Assembly: GCF_006345805.1 (NCBI RefSeq)
Contig: NC_043005.1
Coordinates: 6,386,001-6,450,000, forward strand
Reading direction: 5' to 3'
Source of the DNA: Octopus sinensis
Taxonomy: Eukaryota
Length of the DNA: 64,000 nucleotides
The notes under the pieces were generated by a model, which worked only from the letters and a program-made list of their open reading frames with translations, did not search any database and was not told the DNA's origin. How positions within the stretch are numbered: the stretch's first letter is position 1; every line of letters begins with the position of its first letter. Made by a program: the position numbers and the translations under genes. Positions 53,233 to 64,000 of this stretch are shown piece by piece.

Positions 53233-54079
53233 TCGTAAATCCTCGAGTATAGTCCGCCCTTGTGTATGATACGCAGGGGAATTTTAGGGGGCTGTACCTC
53301 TGAAAAACCTAAGCCTTGTATATAATGCGCACCCCTTCTCTAACTTGAGTCAAGTAGGTCTTTATAACATCCTTGGTTTGTAAAAATGTATATGGTAACG
53401 TCCTTTATTATGATTGTATATATAACATAATGCAAACGTGTAGCTTTTTTGTGCATTTTCTTTTTAAGAGAATAAAGAAATAACAGTAATAACGCCAGTG
53501 AAAAATAAATATTAAGTAAATTGCTTTTACATATTTATCACTATCAGTTACAAAAGCAAAAGCAAAACATTTATTCAAATCCTTCAAATTCAACGTCACT
53601 TTCAGCATCAAATAACTGTTCCATTTGTTCCTCCGTAAACATGTCAGCATCATTGTAGTGTAAATCTCCGTCATCGAGCGTAATTAAGCCAGCAGCACCA
53701 TGTCGAACAAACCCTTTCGCGCAAGCGTAATACAATAATGGTGATGTTCTTAACTGTTATATGGGAATGTAAATATATTTGCAAATTGTTTTTTTTTTAC
53801 ATGTTATTCTGTATTCTGAATACTTTTATTTTAATAAACGTTGCTTACTGCAAGTTATGGATGATTCTTTTATGACTCCATTGCTTTCAGGCTTAGCTTA
53901 AGGTATTTTCGTGCTCGACTCACAAAATGCGTCTGAATAAACATTGCTGGACAGCAAATAGAGACTCGGACATTGCTTAGAAAATACGTTTCATTTTTAA
54001 CCTCGTATATAGTAGGCACTAAGGATTTTGACCTTTAAATTTTGGGGAAAAATATCGGATTATACTCGAGGATTTACGG
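53233..54079 (-). mobile_element. pogo-family MITE (long copy) retaining a probable transposase C-terminal tail
   Basis: Same TIR family as 29323-29848. An extra ~320 bp reads DDGDLHYNDADMFTEEQMEQLFDAESDVEFEGFE* on the minus strand. Confidence 0.85.
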
Positions 54080-54383
54080 CAAGCAAATGTATTACCAAAT
54101 GCTTTACAACAGAAGCTCATGATTTATCAATATTATTCCGGCCCTTAGAGGATGTGTCACAATATATATTCTTTTATTCTTTTACTTGGTTCAGTCCTTT
54201 GACTGCGGCCATGCTGGAACACCGCCTTAAAAGGTTTTAGTCGAAGAAATCAACCCCACGACTTAGTCTTTGTAGGGATAGTACTTATTCTCTCTGTTTG
54301 TCGAGTGATAGAGGAGGTAGGGGGACAACCACAGGCACAAAGACACACACATAAACACATGTGTGTGTGTGTATGTATGTATA

Positions 54384-54580
54384 AAGGCGTCGAGCTGGCA
54401 GAATCGTTAGGGCGCCGGGAAGAATGCTTAGCGGCATTTCGTTCATCATTAAGTTCTGAGTTCAAATTGAGCAGAGGTCGACTTTGCTTTTCATCCTTGC
54501 GAGAAGTACCATCTAAGATGCTGGGGTCGATGTAATAGGCTACCTCCTTCTCCCAAAATTCAGGCCTTGCACCTATAGTG
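54384..54580 (+). mobile_element. SINE-A monomer
   Basis: AAGGCGTCGAGCTGG head + body. Confidence 0.8.
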
Positions 54581-54592
54581 TGTGTGTGTGTG

Positions 54593-54895
54593 AAGACACA
54601 TAGCTCAGTGGCAAGAGCGTCATGCTCACAATCACGAGGTAGTCAGTTCAAATCCCAGACCGGGCTGTGAGTTGTGTCCTTGAGCAAGACACTTTATTTC
54701 ACATTGCTCCAGTTCACTCAGTTGTGGAAATGAGTTGCGACGTCATTGGTGCCAAGCTGTATCGGCCCCTTTGCTTTTCTCTTGGATAACACTGGTAGCA
54801 TGGAGAGAGGAAACTGGTATGCATGGGCGACTGCTGGTCTTCCATAAATAACCTTGCCCGGATTTGTGCCTCGGAGAGTAAATTTCTAATTGCAA
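54593..54895 (+). mobile_element. tRNA-derived SINE-C (tail type 1)
   Basis: A box TAGCTCAGTGG, B box AGTTCAAATCC, core TTGAGCAAGACACTTTATTTCAC; homologous to 18838-19148. Confidence 0.85.
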
Positions 54896-55079
54896 TTGGA
54901 ATTTCAATTGGAATTTCTAATTGCAAATAGAAGTGGAAGTTTGGTCAAGCTGAAGTATTTTCTCTCTTTGTCAGTTTCTGCAGCAGAGGGTTTAATCACG
55001 TCCGAATGCAGTCGATCTTGTTAAATGTGAGTTTGTGCTTTACATGAATACGATGACAATAATAATAATTGTTATTATA

Positions 55080-55352
55080 ATTATAATAAGAACGAGAAAA
55101 ACGAGAAAGTGAAGGAGGGCAAGGAGAAGAAGATGATGAAGGAGGAGGAGGAAGGAGAAGGAGGAAGGGGGAGGCAGAGGAAGCGAACGAGGACGAGAAG
55201 AAGAAAAAATAAAGGAGGACGAGAAGAAGAAGAAGAGGAGGAGGAGGAGGGGGAGGAGGAGGATGGGGAGGAGGAAGATGGGGAGGAGGAGGATGGGAGG
55301 AGGAGGATGGGGAGGAGGAGGATGGGGAGGAGGAGGGGAGGAGGAGGGGAGG
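55080..55352. repeat. Polypurine GGA-rich tract with a ~15-bp GGAGGAGGATGGGGA unit
   Basis: Direct. Confidence 0.9.
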
Positions 55353-56120
55353 AGATCTGCTCATAATAAGTTTTCGGTATCTGTTTACAGATTTGATCAA
55401 ATTTATTTCGCGGTTTCCTTTCAGAGAATCCGACCTCTGACATGAAATGGTCGTTGTGGTTTACATCTGAAGCGTAAACTAAGTAATTACTTCAATTGGC
55501 AAAAAGAAATAAAGGATGAGAGGGAGAGGTGGAGGTGGAGGAAGAGAGAACAACACAGACAGAGAGAGGGGGGAGATAGAGAGAGAGACAGACAGACATA
55601 GACAGAGAGCAGAGAGAGAATAGGAAGAAAGAGGATAAAAGGAAGGGAGTTGGGAAAGAGGGAGAGAGTGAGATGATAGGGGGAGAGGAAAGAGGGAGAA
55701 AATGAGAGGCGAGAGACAGACAGAGAAACAAAAAGAGAGGCGGGAGCACAAGAGAGAAAGAGAGAGAGGTGGGAGGGAGAGAGAGAGAGAGGGGAGAGGG
55801 AGAAAGAGAAAGAACAGTTGTGTTAGTTAAAGCAATTTGTCTTATTAATCTGGTCGATATTTTGCGATTGTTTAAATAAATACTTCGATTTCTCATATTT
55901 GTTGTTTTGTGGTTGTTTTATTTGTTATCGATACTGCAGCAGACAAAAAAAGCTGTTTATGATTGATTTCTGTTATTCAGATTCTCTGTTGAGAAAATCA
56001 ATAGCAGTGTTGATGTAGAAGGGACGAAAATTGAGCAGATACGGATCCCGGGCAGTAAATATATCGCCATTTCTGCAACACTTGTTGCTGCTGCTGCTGC
56101 TGCTGCTACTGTTGTTGTTG

Positions 56121-56156
<36 letters not shown>

Positions 56157-56656
56157 CCGTTGTTGCTGTTGGTGGTTTGTTTGTTTGTTGAGCGAAGCGG
56201 TCTTCGTGGGAGAAGTCCGAAACGTGGTCCTTTGCTATTCGTAAGACCTGCAGAAGAGAAAGCAGGTCAACCCCCGACACCGAGAGCATCGACGGATGGA
56301 TGAATGCGCATGCAGGCTCAGCGCTTGCGTAGGAAGTCTGGGACAAGAAACAGGAAGAAAGAGTGAGAGAAAGTTGGAGCGAAAGAGTACAACAGGGGTC
56401 GCCCCCCCCTGCCGGAGCATCGTGGAGCGTTAGGTGTTTTCGCTCAATAAACACACACAACGCCCGGTCTGGTAATCGAAACCGCGATCCTTCGACCGCG
56501 AGTCCGCTGCCCTAACCACTGGGCCATTGCGTCCTGCTGCTGCTGGAGTTGTTGTTGTTGTTGTTCCGTAATCGACTTACTCCCACCCCACCAACTGCAA
56601 AATTACTGGTCTTGTGCCAAAAAAGTAATATTATTATTATTATTATTATTATTATT

Positions 56657-59225
56657 TTTTTCTTCTTTCAAATTTTCTTCCATTTCTTGCCGAGTGTCTT
56701 CCCGACTCCTAGGGCAAAGAAACTCATAGTGTATATTGGTAGGCCATTAAACCAAACTCAGTAGTTCGTTCATTTTTTTTTTTTTTTTTTTTTAAGTTAA
56801 ATTAAAATGGATGAGCAGCAACAGTTCTCACATCGACAATGCTCTTCTCAATACGTGTGATGTACCAGTTAAGACAATCTTTTGCACTTCTTGCAGGGAT
56901 GGTAAGCCAGGGATCATTCTCATATAATTTTCGGTTCCCTTCTTGATCATTCCTAGTGCTCCTACGATCACTGGTATTGTAACCGCCTTGAGATGCCACA
57001 TTTTCTCAATTTCAATGAGTAGGTTTATATTTTCTGAGCTTGTCAAACTCTTTCGCTGAGATATTATGATCACAGGGGATGCTCATGTCGATCAATAAGC
57101 AAACTTTATTGTTTTGGTCTTTCACAACAATATCTGGTTTATTGGCCTTGATGGTTCGGTCTGTATGTACTGGAAAGTCCCACAGAATGGTTACATTTTC
57201 TCCTTCAGTTACAGCCTCAGGGTGGTGATTATACCACTTGTCGGCAGTTTTGATATTGTAATGCCGACTTATTAGCCAGTGGAGATATTGGCCAACTCTG
57301 TCATGTCTTAATTTATACTCCACTGGTGCTAAGACTTTACATCCAGAGATTAGATGGTCCACTGTTTCAATCATGTCGTTGCAGAATCGGCATTTGGGTC
57401 TGCTCCATTTTTCATCACATTGGCCTGGTAGTTCGGGTTGATAGGCTTTGGTCTTGAGCAGCCAGGATGAAACCTTCGCTCTCTGCTTTTAGCCCTGAGC
57501 TCCGTAGCCACTGATGGGTTTGCTTCTGGTCAACATCAGCTTGTTTGCTGCGGGTCACATATTTGCCGTGCAGAGGTTTCTCCTCCCACCTATCAGCCAA
57601 TTGCTCGTGCGCTTTTTTCATTGCCATCATTTTCACCTTCTTTGCAACAATAGTTGCCGTACTTCCCTCGGGTTGCTCATTTGGGTATCCTGCACGAGAT
57701 CAATAGCAAATTTTTTGCTTTCCTTGATGATAGAATGAAGCTTCTTTCGTCTCTCGTGATTTTCCACGAGCTTTAGCATCCAGTCATTCGAATTTCGAGA
57801 TATTTGGCCAGTCCAATTGTGGTTGTTTTGTAAGCTAGTTCAAATTGGATCAGGCCTCGACCTCCTTGGGCTCTGGGAAGGTAAAGGCGATCTACGTCTG
57901 CCTTTGGGTGGTGCATCCTATTACAACTCAGCAGCTTGCGTATTTTTCTATCTATATTCTTTACTTCACTCATATTCCAGTTCAACACATTGTAGCTATA
58001 AGTAACAACTGGAACTGCTAGGGAATTTATAGCTAACACCTTGTTACGTGCATTTAGTTCAGATTTCAGGACTGCACGAACTCTCCTATAACATTCCTTC
58101 CTGATTTCTCTTTCATGCTTGCATGCTGAATACCAGAGCCTTCATTTATCCCTAAATATTTGTATGTTTGTTCTTGCTCAAGCTCTCTTATGACTGTGTC
58201 AACATCTAACACGACTGAATTTGTGGTCTTCACTTTCCCTTTCTGGAAAGTGGCCTTGGCACACTTCTCAAGTCCAAACTCCATCCCGATGTCATCGCTG
58301 AATGATTTCACGGTGCACAATAAGCCTTCAAGTTCATTATTGTCTTTACCATAAAGTTTTAAGTCATCCATATAAAATAGATGGCTTATTTTTTTATTGG
58401 CAATTTTATACCCATACCCTGTTCTGTTTAATTCACTTGTAAGGGGTATTAGGGCTATGCAGAATATTAAAGGTGAAAGTGAGTCACCTGAAAAATTCCA
58501 CAGTTGATGTTTATATTTTCTGAGGCAAGTACTCCATTAGAGTGGTATAATTGGAGATTCGTATTCCACAACGACATATTGTGCTTCAGGAAGTTTGAAA
58601 TCACAGGGGAAATTTTGAAGATGTCCAGCGATCTCAAGATCCATGGGTGCGGTATACTGTCGAAGGCCTTTTTATAGTCAATCCATGCGGTGCTGAGATT
58701 TCTGCGCTTGTTGTGACAGTTCTCAAGGTCATACGATGATTAGCAGTTGATCTTTGCATCCGTAAGAGCCTCGGCGGCACCCTTTTTGTTCAATGGGGAA
58801 AATATCGTTCTTCTCCATGAATGCATATGTTTTCTCCGCCAGGATAGATGTTAGGATTTTATACGTGGTGGATAGACAGGTTATAGGCCGATAGTTTTTT
58901 GGAAGGTTGTTTCGTTATTCTTTGGGAGTAGGTAAGTAATGCCACTTGCTAACCATTCAGGTGTTTTCTTTGGGTCTCTCATAATTCCATTGAGCACCTG
59001 AACTAGCTTACCGTGTGCGCACGGGAGCGATGCGAGCCAGAAATTCGGCACCCTATCTTTACCGGGGATTTCCAATTATGGGCCTTCGTGAGTGCCTTTC
59101 TTAGGTCTGCTATTGTGATGTCTCCCATGCTTGTTGTTGTAAATTTGGTAGGATCCTTCAGTTTGTATAATCCAGTCTGCATTTATGTTGTACGTTCTTG
59201 TCACTCCAAATCCTTTTCCAAAAGT
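56657..59225 (-). mobile_element. R4/Dong-clade non-LTR retrotransposon, 5'-truncated and frameshifted (RT + CCHC + restriction-like endonuclease)
   Basis: RT motifs YRPITCLS, WIDYKKAFDSVPH, QGDSLSP and YMDDLKLY; CRFC...DHLISGC zinc knuckle; KPDIVV...LIDMSIP PD-(D/E)xK nuclease. Flanked on both sides by (TTA)n (56631-56655 and from 59225). Confidence 0.9.
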
Positions 59226-59291
59226 TATTATTATATTATTATATATATTATATTATTATTATATTATTATTATTATTATTATTATATTATT

Positions 59292-59840
59292 GAGGTGAGA
59301 GAGCAGTTCATGCCATCAAAGTGACAATGTGGGGTAAAATATACGAAGCCCAATATACCCATCATGACTACCCGTCTGATAAGGGTACACCAGGCACATG
59401 CATCACAACCATATGTGCGCGACATGGTGATCTCATATCAAGATAAACAGCACATGACCTTGCAGGTGGGGCCCAGTTAGAATTTTCTTCAGTTGAGTAA
59501 CCATCCGCTCAAAAGGTCCCTGAAAAGGGTGTTTAAGGATGTTGAAAGAACCACCCATGTTTCCAGAGGTGAATTATTCAAACCCCAAAGAATCCCTCTC
59601 AGCACATGGCTATGATGCCCCCCACTACTTCTGCTCGTGATCAGAGATGCACATATCACCAGCCACTAAGGGACATGCTCAACTGGTTAAAGTCAAACAA
59701 CTGACAGCAAAAATCTGGGTATTGAGCAGAATATTTGCTGTAGCCCATCTTTTTACCAAGACAAAACAAGGTACATGATAACACTTCCAATCAGTAAGAT
59801 AAGAAGCCATGAGAGCCACTGCCTGGTACTGCATCAGGGC
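59292..59840. mobile_element. ~550-bp non-coding element embedded in a (TAA)n tract (unclassified)
   Basis: Complex sequence with sharp boundaries and (TTA)n on both sides. No long ORF and no clear Pol III boxes. Confidence 0.5.
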
Positions 59841-59841
59841 G

Positions 59842-59914
<73 letters not shown>

Positions 59915-59927
59915 TCGAAAAAAAAAA

Positions 59928-60336
59928 CGGGCAAAATCCTTAGCTGTATTTCGTCTGTCTTTATGTTCTGGGTTCAAATTCCGCTAGGGTCGACTTTTCC
60001 CTTCATCATTTCGGGGTCAATAAATTTAAGTACCAGTGATATAATCGAGTTGTTCCTACCCCCAAAATTTCAGGCCTTGTGCCTTCAGTAGAAAGGATTA
60101 TTATTTCGAAGAACGATAAGGCGATGTGCTGGCAGAATCGTTAGCGCGCCAGACAAAATACTTTGTGGCATTCCGTCCGTCTTTACGTTCTGAGTTCAAA
60201 TTCCGCCGAGGTCGACTTCGCCTTTTATCCTTTCGGCGTCGATGAAATAAGTACCAGTTAAGTGTTGGGGTCGATATAATCGACTAGCTCCCTCTCTCAA
60301 AATGCCAGGCCCCGTGCTTATAGTAGAAAGAATTAT
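59928..60336 (+). mobile_element. Two tandem SINE-A monomers
   Basis: Copies at 59928-60103 and 60118-60336; TTATTTCGAA recurs at all three boundaries. Confidence 0.8.
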
Positions 60337-60613
60337 TTCGAAAACTGTTTCGAGTGCGTACTTTTTAAATCTCATATTTTCCTCGTTGTTAGAATGAATT
60401 ATTCTTCCTCGTACAGAACAAAGTGAAGTTTAACCTTCAGACAAAATGTGTTTCTTTGTGATGGGTGGAGAATAACAAACGAAGAGGCTTTTTTTCTATT
60501 TTAAGTGGATGGGCGGAAGAAGAATGGGAAGTGAGTTGTTGAAGCATTTCCTGAGAATGCACAAGAGAAGTGAATGAGAGACTGAAACGGTATTACCGCC
60601 TCGATTCAGTAGA

Positions 60614-60684
<71 letters not shown>

Positions 60685-60984
60685 GTGTGCGCGATTTGAA
60701 CTTCAGCCGTGCTGGGGCATCGCCTTCAAGACTTTAGCCGAACCGAGAATCCAGTAAATATTTTAAATCTGGTGACCTTTGCCGAACCGCTCAGTTGCGG
60801 GGACGTAAATAGAGTAGCACATATATACATACGTATGTACGTATTACCGACGCACACATATATATAAACACATAATCATATACATACATACGATCTCATA
60901 CGACATATGTGATTACATGCATATAAAACAGGGGCGGAGAGATTTATGTACTTGCATACATGTATCTATCTATCTATCTATCTT

Positions 60985-61089
<105 letters not shown>

Positions 61090-61648
61090 ATGTATGTATG
61101 TATATGTATATATATATAATATTAGGGAATAGGATTCCAAACTTACAGGGGAAAATTCAATTTAGTAATACTAAATCAAATTTCACAATATATAATACTT
61201 GTATATAAATTAGAGAAGAACCACCATGAAGCAATTCAACAATGATATACTTAAATCATACCAAATAGAAACAAAATTAAAGATACTTTAATATTATTAA
61301 TATTATATGTGTGTGTATAAAGAGAGAGAGACACACCCACATGCTTACATAATATATGCGCGCACGTATGCACACACACACACACACTTACACGCATATA
61401 TATACATACATATATATATATTTCATATGAAATAGTGTGCGTATTTATACACAAAAGAAGTGACCTTTCACAGGACACCTTACATGCTCAAACCACGAAT
61501 AAGAGTAAGTTCAAAGGAAATGAAAAATAAAAATATTGCTACAGTTACCCCGAGACTCGAGTTTCTGCAATAATGTGTTTACAGACACATAATACATATA
61601 CATGTGTGTGTGAGTGAGAGAGAGTTTGTGTGTATGTATGTATGTATA

Positions 61649-62122
61649 GGCGTAGGTGTGACTGTGTGGTAAGTAGCTTGCTTACGAACCACATGGTTCC
61701 GGGTTGGTACCTTGGGCAAGTGTCTTCTACTATAGCCTCGGGCCGACCAAAGCCTTGTGAGTGGATTTGCTAGACGGAAACTGAAAGAAGCCCGTCGTAT
61801 ATATGTATGTGTGTGTGTGTAAGTGTGTGTGTGTGTGTGTGGTGTGTGTGTAAGTGTGTGTGTGTAAATGTGTATGTGTGTATGTATATATATATATATA
61901 TATGTTTGTGCGGTTGTTTGTCCCCCGACATCGCTTGACAACCGATGCTGGTATGTTTACGTCACCGTAACTTAGCGGTTCGGCAAAAAAGGCCGATAGA
62001 ATAAGTACTAGGTTTACAAAGAATAGGTCCTGGGATCGATTTGCTCGACATAAGGACGGTGCTCCAGCATGGTCACAGTCAAATGACTGAAACAAGTAAA
62101 AGAGTAAAGAGAGTAAATAGAG
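61649..62122 (+). mobile_element. SINE-B, full length
   Basis: Same family; sits in (TATG)n. Confidence 0.9.
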
Positions 62123-63404
62123 TATGTATGTATGTATGTATGTATGTATGTATGTATGTATGTATGTATGTATGTGTGTGTATGCATATATGTATTTCTA
62201 TATGTATGTGATTATGCATGCATGTATGTATGTGTGTATGTATGTGCCTATAGTATGTGTGTATGTATGTGTGTCCTGTGCTGCATTCCGCTCGCCTCGC
62301 AAACGGTAATCAATGATCGTCGTTCCCGTAATGGAAGGTCACTAACATCTCGTGGATGAATGTCTTAATTGATTTATGAGACCCAGATACATGTTTGGAA
62401 AGTGTAGTATCGAGTCCTGTGTGTGGGGACGAGATGGAGGGAAGACGGGGGGGGGGGAATAGGGAAGGGGACAGTGAGGAAAGCAGAATGAAACCAAATT
62501 TTATCTTACAGCGCTGGGTGGATGGTGGGGAACCAAAGTCAGTCGGACATTTTGTTTGTCATTTTATCATGTCTGGTATTTCATTGCCTCCCGATAACGG
62601 AAATGAATCTTGTTTTCTTTTTATAATTATCGTCATCGTCGTCGTCATCATCGTCATCGTCGTCGTCATCGTCGTCGTCGTCGTTGTCATCAATCTTCTC
62701 TTGAAAGTGGGAGCTGGATTTATTGTGATAACCTCATCTGACTGGTCACCTGTTGCATACCTATGACTTTATGCATATACATACATCATGTGAATTATAG
62801 TTTTTACATAACTCTTGACTTCCTGAAGCAGCTGTCGAGATAAGACATTGCATAATTGATATATATATATATATATATATGAGTACAGGATGATACCAAC
62901 AGTAAAGAACATGAAATACGAAAACAAATGAGTTCAATACGCAAACAACAAGAGAAACAAATAGAAAACAGGACAAGTAACACAAAGAACGACCCTTCAT
63001 CAGTTGTCAGCTGTCTATCTACTCCTCATTTCGAGCATTGAATGACAATATGAGTCTTCGAAAACAGTCATTATTATATTGTTATTATATAATTATTATT
63101 ATTATATATATGTATTATAATATTATATTATATATATTATATATATTATATATATATGTATATTATATATATTGTATTATTAATATATTTATATATATAT
63201 TATATGTATATATTATGTATATATATATATCTATATATATATTATATATATATATATATATGTGCGCGTGTGTGGTGTGTGTGGTGTTGGGCCTGCTCGC
63301 TTAGCCGCGGGTGTCGTCATTTGAAGGTAAAACAATGCGAAGCGCATTGTGACCAGCGATGTGTAGCAACACCTGATAGCCTGGTCGGTCAATGTGATCA
63401 TGTG

Positions 63405-63469
<65 letters not shown>

Positions 63470-63519
63470 TTATAATATGTCTATATATATATAACTCTTG
63501 TATTTCTGTACTTCATGTA

Positions 63520-63960
63520 CCAGTTGAGTCAAAAGTTTTTCGTATTTCAAGCTTTAAACAATTCAAAGAAACTACACACAGAAGCGTTTATTCATCAAAA
63601 TATATCCCATCCAATTCTGTGGTCTGTTTCCATCGTTGTGTCAGAAGCTCAATTCCCTATTTTGGTTGGTTTAGAGGCAATAATTGTCTCTGCACCAGTT
63701 TTCAACCTCATCCATATTGTTGAACCTCCATCTGTCCAGGAAATGAGCCATGGCTCGGAAAAGGTTGTGATCTGATGGTGCAAGGTCTGGACTGTAGGGC
63801 AGGGTGAGGCAGCACTTCCCAGCCCCTCAAATTCCTCAAGTTTGCACTTGACCACATTGGCTGTGTATGCTCGGGCATTGTCATGCTGTAAGAGTGCATG
63901 TCTTTGATTTCTGGGTAGCAGTCTTTCAGTACAGCATATATTTGCTGCGGTTATTGAGCA
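63520..63960 (-). pseudogene. mariner transposase C-terminal remnant
   Basis: LLQHDNARAYTA...WEVLPHPA-YSPDLAPSDHNLFRAMAHFL across two +1 frameshifts; possible TIR near 63520. Confidence 0.85.
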
Positions 63961-64000
63961 TAAAGGTTAGCATAGGCGCAGGAGTGGCTGTTTGGTAAGT

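Noticed and set aside
54593-54665. tRNA gene
   Set aside because: A and B boxes are present, but the sequence continues into a SINE core and lacks an acceptor stem; it is a SINE head.
59770-59840. HDV-like ribozyme at the end of the TAA-flanked element
   Set aside because: P1/P2 pairings could not be constructed.

Overview
AT-rich, microsatellite-dense eukaryotic DNA. The tRNA-derived SINE families and repeat landscape point to an octopus (inference). One host gene is supported: the first coding exon of an integrin alpha on the minus strand (38818-38993; signal peptide + FNLE...FGYSVAVH...W|GTAAGT). The ORF track misses it because it reads only 59 aa. I found no downstream (L/V/I)VGAP exon, so bases 1-38817 appear to be intron 1. 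The rest is transposon-derived: three SINE head types, a DD36E Tc1, maT-like and mariner remnants, pogo derivatives and MITEs, hAT MITEs, two TC...CTAG Helitrons, a Penelope RT/GIY-YIG fragment, a CR1/L2-type tail, and a 5'-truncated R4/Dong LINE in a (TAA)n tract. The most interesting observations are (1) a minimal hammerhead ribozyme with a compensatory G3:C8 core swap and palindromic stem III, (2) SINE dimers with one fixed junction whose halves share locus-private variants, and (3) an unexplained ~550-bp element in the same TAA array as Dong. Almost all long ORFs in the track are microsatellite artefacts.
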